Source: a virus
Lineage: Duplodnaviria; Heunggongvirae; Uroviricota; Caudoviricetes
Direction: 5' to 3' (one strand)
IMG/VR virus record: IMGVR_UViG_3300045988_117301
Length of the DNA stretch: 41,741 nt
Shown: positions 37,876-41,741 of the stretch, in pieces
How the letters are laid out: each line of letters begins with the position of its first letter
Position numbering within the stretch: position 1 is the stretch's first letter
The notes under the pieces: generated by a model
Seen by the model: the letters and a program-made list of their open reading frames with translations, nothing else
Told to the model about the DNA's origin: nothing
Databases searched by the model: none
Position numbers and translations under genes: made by a program

Positions 37876-37999
37876 GGAGAAACTAACCGCCCCTACGGGG
37901 GCATTTATGGAAATGTAATTGACTCAATAATCGCCGGACGGTGAGGGCTTCCTTTTACCCGAATTCAGCGCGGTGCAGCGCATATACGTGGAGAACAAA

Positions 38000-38536
38000 A
38001 TGTCATTTATTAAAACTTTTTCCGGGAAGCATTTTTATTATGACAGGATAAATAAAGACGACATCGTTATTAACGATATCGCGGTTTCCCTTTCAAATAT
38101 CTGTCGCTTTGCAGGACATCTTTCACACTTCTACAGTGTCGCCCAACATGCGGTGCTTTGCAGCCAGCTGGTGCCGCAGGAATTTGCTTTTGAAGCGTTA
38201 ATGCATGATGCAACAGAAGCGTATTGCCAGGACATCCCCGCACCACTGAAACGACTTCTTCCTGACTATAAACGGATGGAAGAAAAAATAGACGCCGTAA
38301 TACGTGAGAAATACGGGTTACCTCCTGTTATGAGCACGCCAGTGAAATATGCCGATCTCATTATGCTGGCAACCGAACGCCGCGATCTCGGGCTTGATGA
38401 TGGCTCTTTCTGGCCTGTACTGGAAGGTATCCCGGCAACAGAGATGTTCAAAGTTATTCCACTGTCGCCAGGCCATGCCTATGGGATGTTTATGGAACGT
38501 TTTAACGAGTTATCGGAGTTACGCAAATGCGCATGA
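38000..38536 (+). CDS. HD-domain phosphohydrolase (YfdR-like)
   Basis: HD motif (ALMHDATEAY); start ATG 38000 with Shine-Dalgarno GGAG (track start is GTG 37973). Confidence 0.8.
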   Translation: MSFIKTFSGKHFYYDRINKDDIVINDIAVSLSNICRFAGHLSHFYSVAQHAVLCSQLVPQEFAFEALMHDATEAYCQDIPAPLKRLLPDYKRMEEKIDAVIREKYGLPPVMSTPVKYADLIMLATERRDLGLDDGSFWPVLEGIPATEMFKVIPLSPGHAYGMFMERFNELSELRKCA

Positions 38537-38889
38537 ATGTTTTCGAAATGGAAGGGTTTCTTCGTGGGAGATGTGTACCGCGAGATCTGAAAGTAAATGA
38601 AACAGATGCTGAATACCTGGCGCGTAAATTCGATGCGCTTGAAGCTAAATGTGCAGCACAGGAAAACAAAGTAATACCAGTGTCAGCTGAACTGCCACCA
38701 GCAAATGAAAGTGTTTTGTTATTCGATGCTAACGGAGAAGGCTGGCTAATTGGCTGGCGTTCTCTCTGGTACACCTGGGAACAAAAAGAAACCGGAGAAT
38801 GGCAGTGGACATTTCAGGTCGGGGACCTTGAAAACGTCAATATCACTCACTGGGCAGTAATGCCAAAAGCACCGGAGGCTGGAGCATAA
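38527..38889 (+). CDS. DUF551-like phage protein (YfdS-like)
   Basis: 120 aa; C-terminal W-rich segment (GWRSLWYTWEQKETGEWQWTF...HWAVMP); stop overlaps next start (TAATG). Confidence 0.5.
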   Translation: MRMNVFEMEGFLRGRCVPRDLKVNETDAEYLARKFDALEAKCAAQENKVIPVSAELPPANESVLLFDANGEGWLIGWRSLWYTWEQKETGEWQWTFQVGDLENVNITHWAVMPKAPEAGA

Positions 38890-39698
38890 TGACCACATTT
38901 ACCGATAAAGAACTGATTAAAGAAATCAAAGAACGAATCAGCAGCATGGACGTGCGAGACAATGTTGAGCGCCGTGCTTATGAAATTGCTCTGGCATCGC
39001 TGGAAGAGGATCCGGTGGCATGGCTGCATTCAGACAATGGCTTAGGTATTCCGGCAATAACTAGGAGTAAAAACATTGCTGACAGTTGGTTATCAAAGGG
39101 CTGGTATGTTCAGCCGCTATATATAGCCAAGCCAGTGCCGGTGGTGCCAGATGCTCGTCCATCTTTAAATAATGGCATAGTCGGTTTTGATGAAGGCTGG
39201 AACGCCTGCCGAGCTGCCATGCTCTATGGTGCCGTACCTGCAAGCCAGGCTTACAAGTTGCCACAAACGCAGTTTAAACAGGTTGCTGACCTCTACGAAA
39301 TGCAATTTGATGACGGTCGCACTTGTACCTTTCACACTGATGCGCAAAAGGCTGTGCAATGGCTTCAGGCGTGCGACGGAAACAGGGTTCAGGAATACGT
39401 TAAGCTGGAACGATTGCAGAACGCACTGTCTGGCAACTCTCCGGTAACTCCGGATGGTTGGGTTATGGTGCCGAAGAGACTAACAGCCGAGAACGGCGCT
39501 AAGGGGGCGCTATCCGGTGAATTTTCAGAAACTACGTTTATAAGCTGCCTGGAATGCTTTGGCGATGATGATTGCGATACCTGTGACGGGAGCGGACGTA
39601 TTGAAATTAAAGTGCCAGTCACGTGGTCGACCATAAAATCTATCTGGGATAAAGGTATCGAGTATTTTGCAGCAAAACCATCACAAGAGGTGAAGTGA
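38889..39698 (+). CDS. Hypothetical protein with C-terminal DnaJ-type CxxCxGxG zinc-ribbon motif (YfdQ-like)
   Basis: 269 aa; CLECFGDDDCDTCDGSGRI near C-terminus. Confidence 0.5.
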   Translation: MTTFTDKELIKEIKERISSMDVRDNVERRAYEIALASLEEDPVAWLHSDNGLGIPAITRSKNIADSWLSKGWYVQPLYIAKPVPVVPDARPSLNNGIVGFDEGWNACRAAMLYGAVPASQAYKLPQTQFKQVADLYEMQFDDGRTCTFHTDAQKAVQWLQACDGNRVQEYVKLERLQNALSGNSPVTPDGWVMVPKRLTAENGAKGALSGEFSETTFISCLECFGDDDCDTCDGSGRIEIKVPVTWSTIKSIWDKGIEYFAAKPSQEVK

Positions 39699-40270
39699 TG
39701 AACAACTTAATGATCGACCTTGAGACGATGGGGAAAAATAAGGATGCACCGATCGTTTCCATTGGCGCGGTGTTCTTCACTCCAGAAACCGGAGACATCG
39801 GACAAGAATTCTATACGGTTGTTAGCCTGGACAGTGCTATGAAGCTAGGAGCTACACCTGACGGCGATACCATCCTGTGGTGGTTGAAACAAAGCCCTGA
39901 AGCACGAGCTGCAATCTGTATTGATGATACTTTGTCGATCAGCGATGCTCTCTCAGAACTAAATCATTTCATTAACCGGCACGCAGACAATACGAAATAT
40001 TTAAAAGTCTGGGGTAACGGAGCCACCTTCGACAACGTAATTTTACGTGGAGCTTATGAGCGAGCAGGACAAATCTGCCCGTGGGCATACTGGAATGACC
40101 ACGATGTACGCACGATCGTTACGCTTGGGCGTTCCATCGGATTCGACCCCAAAATGGACATGCCTTTCGATGGCGAACGGCACAACGCCCTAGCTGATGC
40201 CCGTCATCAGGCAAAATATGTTTCCGCTATCTGGCAGAAATTAATTCCTGCCACCAGCACAGAATTATGA
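39698..40270 (+). CDS. DEDDh-family 3'-5' exonuclease (DnaQ-like)
   Basis: MNNLMIDLETMG... (Exo I motif DxE), later acidic/His motifs (HNALADARH); Shine-Dalgarno AAGAGGTGA; start ATG 39698. Confidence 0.8.
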   Translation: MNNLMIDLETMGKNKDAPIVSIGAVFFTPETGDIGQEFYTVVSLDSAMKLGATPDGDTILWWLKQSPEARAAICIDDTLSISDALSELNHFINRHADNTKYLKVWGNGATFDNVILRGAYERAGQICPWAYWNDHDVRTIVTLGRSIGFDPKMDMPFDGERHNALADARHQAKYVSAIWQKLIPATSTEL

Positions 40271-40306
40271 TTTTCCCGGGTGCAGCCGGTTTTGATGGAG
40301 AAAATT

Positions 40307-40588
40307 ATGAACACCTTGTTTTTACTGATGGCTGAATTCAATACCCCAAACATTGAACTCTCAGCAGTTAGCCAAAAGTACTTTGGTATGAGTCCAGCCA
40401 CGGCAGAAGCAAAAGCAAACGCTTGTAAGTTGCCCGTTCCAACATATCGCATCGGCACATCACAAAAAGCAAAACGTTGCATCAATATTCAGGATCTTGC
40501 GGAATACATAGACAAAAGGCGAGAAGAAGGACGTATCGAGTGGGAACAGGTCAGAACAGTCAAACAGAAGGGCAAAGAACATCACTAA
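40307..40588 (+). CDS. PrtN-family / excisionase-like small DNA-binding protein
   Basis: MNTLFLLMAEFNTPNIELSAVSQKYFGMSPATAEAKANACKLPVPTYRIG... resembles PrtN-family proteins as recalled; last gene of the early-left operon; Shine-Dalgarno GGAG. Confidence 0.5.
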   Translation: MNTLFLLMAEFNTPNIELSAVSQKYFGMSPATAEAKANACKLPVPTYRIGTSQKAKRCINIQDLAEYIDKRREEGRIEWEQVRTVKQKGKEHH

Positions 40589-40589
40589 A

Positions 40590-40618
40590 GAAAAAACCCG
40601 CCTGAAGGCGGGTTTTCA
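40590..40618. terminator. Bidirectional rho-independent terminator
   Basis: Stem AACCCGCC/GGCGGGTT with loop tgaa, flanked by an A-run upstream and a T-run downstream; between convergent genes. Confidence 0.7.
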
Positions 40619-40635
40619 AAAAGCACCAGCTATGA

Positions 40636-40809
40636 TCATGCTGCTTTGCGACGACGAAGCTTACCCTGCTGCTCTTTACCAGAGACAGTAGCGTGAGTGA
40701 ACGCATTAGGAGCAGCCTTCATCAGAACTTCAACAGCAGCACCCATACCTGCGAATGCTTTCATTGTGTCGAACTTAACCTGTGGCTTGGTTGCTTTTTG
40801 ATCTTTCAT
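40636..40809 (-). CDS. Hypothetical 57-aa basic protein (below the ORF-track size cutoff)
   Basis: ATG 40809 with Shine-Dalgarno GGGAG 6 nt upstream; translates MKDQKATKPQVKFDTMKAFAGMGAAVEVLMKAAPNAFTHATVSGKEQQGKLRRRKAA; ends at the bidirectional terminator. Confidence 0.45.
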   Translation of the reverse strand: MKDQKATKPQVKFDTMKAFAGMGAAVEVLMKAAPNAFTHATVSGKEQQGKLRRRKAA

Positions 40810-41005
40810 AGAAAACTCCCGAGACAGTAAAGGCGTCTCTAACCCTTTCTTTAAAGCTAGCTTGTTTCGCTAACTTATGCCAATCGATCATGTCGATTGG
40901 TGACATCGTTTCTTAGTAGTTTAAGCACAAAACGACTGCCATAGATGTACCTTTAAGGTAATCTGGACGGGTATCCTACAATTTGTAGACCCTTCTCGTC
41001 TATAC

Positions 41006-41539
41006 CTACTGAGCAAATTTAAGAAAGATATCCTGCAGCTCATCAATGACTGCCGACATCACATAACCGCACTGTTCCATGCGGAAACCAAAAGACTCGT
41101 AATACTGCACCAGTTCTGGTACTGGCTCTACAATGTGGACAACTTTACATTCAACAGCTTTACAAAATATAAAAGCACTCATAAGAGTGAGTAAAACCAT
41201 GCGCCCTTTCAATGGGTGAGATTCATCTTCTCTAGAAAACCTTTCGATCATATGGATACGAAAGATGTTTTCTTCAACCCCATAAACACAAATTGCTGCT
41301 CCTGATGGTATTCCCTGAACCCGACCTTGCTGAACAAGTTTTATGCAGAACTCATACTTTTCTCTGGAGTTGCCATAGGTACTTAACGCATAGTCCCATT
41401 CAAGCTCACCATAGCCACCACACAGAATCTTGTAATCATCATCACTGAGCGGACCAACAGCAAGAGGTAAGCCGACATGATCAATAATCAACTGGATATT
41501 GTTACGTACTGATTGACCTATCTCGTCCAGGGTAAGCAT
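41006..41539 (-). CDS. Hypothetical 177-aa protein, AT-rich cargo gene; possibly a divergent GNAT-like fold
   Basis: About 40% GC versus about 52% in phage core genes; C-terminal ...VHIVEPVPELVQYYESFGF resembles the GNAT motif B ending (Y..GF) but no clear acetyl-CoA Q/RxxGxG motif; Shine-Dalgarno GAGAGG. Confidence 0.55.
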   Translation of the reverse strand: MLTLDEIGQSVRNNIQLIIDHVGLPLAVGPLSDDDYKILCGGYGELEWDYALSTYGNSREKYEFCIKLVQQGRVQGIPSGAAICVYGVEENIFRIHMIERFSREDESHPLKGRMVLLTLMSAFIFCKAVECKVVHIVEPVPELVQYYESFGFRMEQCGYVMSAVIDELQDIFLKFAQ

Positions 41540-41667
41540 CATGGCCTCTCAAGCGGAACACTAAAAGTCGCATTATATCTCATTCTTAAGCCGCGTATGG
41601 ATTACACCTTGAAATGAAAACGCCGGGTTCCCAATAGGCTCCCGCAAAGTATATAACTACTTGTTTT

Positions 41668-41741
41668 TCAAAAACGGTACATCCTATCGAGCATTGGTGC
41701 AACGCTAAACCGACCACTCCAGTGAACGTCAGTTTTTTCAG
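41668..41741 (-). pseudogene. dusA: Displaced native 5' fragment of dusA (enters from beyond the window end, terminates in phage DNA)
   Basis: Minus strand reads ...EKTDVHWSGRFSVAPMLD then RMYRF and stop (TGA at 41670-41668); FSVAPMLD is the native DusA N-terminal motif, interrupted at the att core. Confidence 0.6.
41683..41741. repeat. attR: right copy of imperfect direct repeat, core TCGAGCAT at 41687-41694
   Basis: Aligns to 44-105 at about 79% identity; identical 8-bp core. Confidence 0.7.

Larger units (their letters stand above)
48..41694. mobile_element. Lambdoid prophage (lambda-like tail, Qin/phage-21-like lysis and Q modules) integrated in dusA
   Basis: Bounded by att core repeats; contains integrase, immunity, replication, lysis, terminase, head and tail genes in lambdoid order. 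Confidence 0.85.

Noticed and set aside
1-41741. CRISPR arrays, insertion sequences or transposases
   Set aside because: No regularly spaced direct repeats with unique spacers and no transposase-like ORFs or terminal inverted repeats beyond the att repeats; the 18-bp inverted repeat at 37787-37875 encloses only 53 nt and no gene.

Overview
The window is essentially one complete lambdoid prophage of about 41.6 kb, inserted into the 5' end of the host dusA gene (tRNA-dihydrouridine synthase A). It is bounded by imperfect direct repeats (attL about 44-105, attR about 41683-41741) sharing an 8-bp identical core, TCGAGCAT, at 48-55 and 41687-41694. The prophage supplies a replacement dusA 5' end at the left junction (minus strand, 151 to 1), and the displaced native dusA 5' fragment runs into a stop at 41668 on the right. 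Gene order, left to right: tyrosine integrase (+); an SOS-box-regulated dinI-like gene (+); then on the minus strand a lambda-type tail module (side tail fiber, lom, J, I, K, L, M, H, G/T frameshift pair, V, U, Z, FII), head module (ClpP-like protease fused to major capsid, portal, W-like, terminase large and small subunits), a cos site, a Rha-family moron, a mosaic lysis cassette (S21-type pinholin, YdfR-like insert, SAR endolysin, lambda-like Rz with embedded Rz1), a moron island (orphan DPPY methyltransferase, small protein, AT-rich lipoprotein on the opposite strand), Q antiterminator, and a ninR-like block (DUF968/HNH, KilA-N, RusA, LexA-DNA-binding-only protein, Dam-like methyltransferase, PerC-like regulator), an O-like replication initiator with in-gene iterons, a Rha fusion ORF, cII-like gene and cro. 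The cI repressor (+) is divergent from cro, followed by an N-less structured leader of about 700 nt, an early-left operon (HD-domain protein, DUF551-like, Zn-ribbon protein, DEDDh exonuclease, PrtN/excisionase-like) and AT-rich att-proximal cargo (57-aa and 178-aa proteins, minus strand). No tRNA, rRNA, CRISPR array or IS element was found. Lambda and E. coli prophage protein comparisons are from memory, not from a database search. CDS ends come from the supplied ORF track; starts were re-chosen where an internal ATG/GTG with a Shine-Dalgarno or stop-start overlap fits better.
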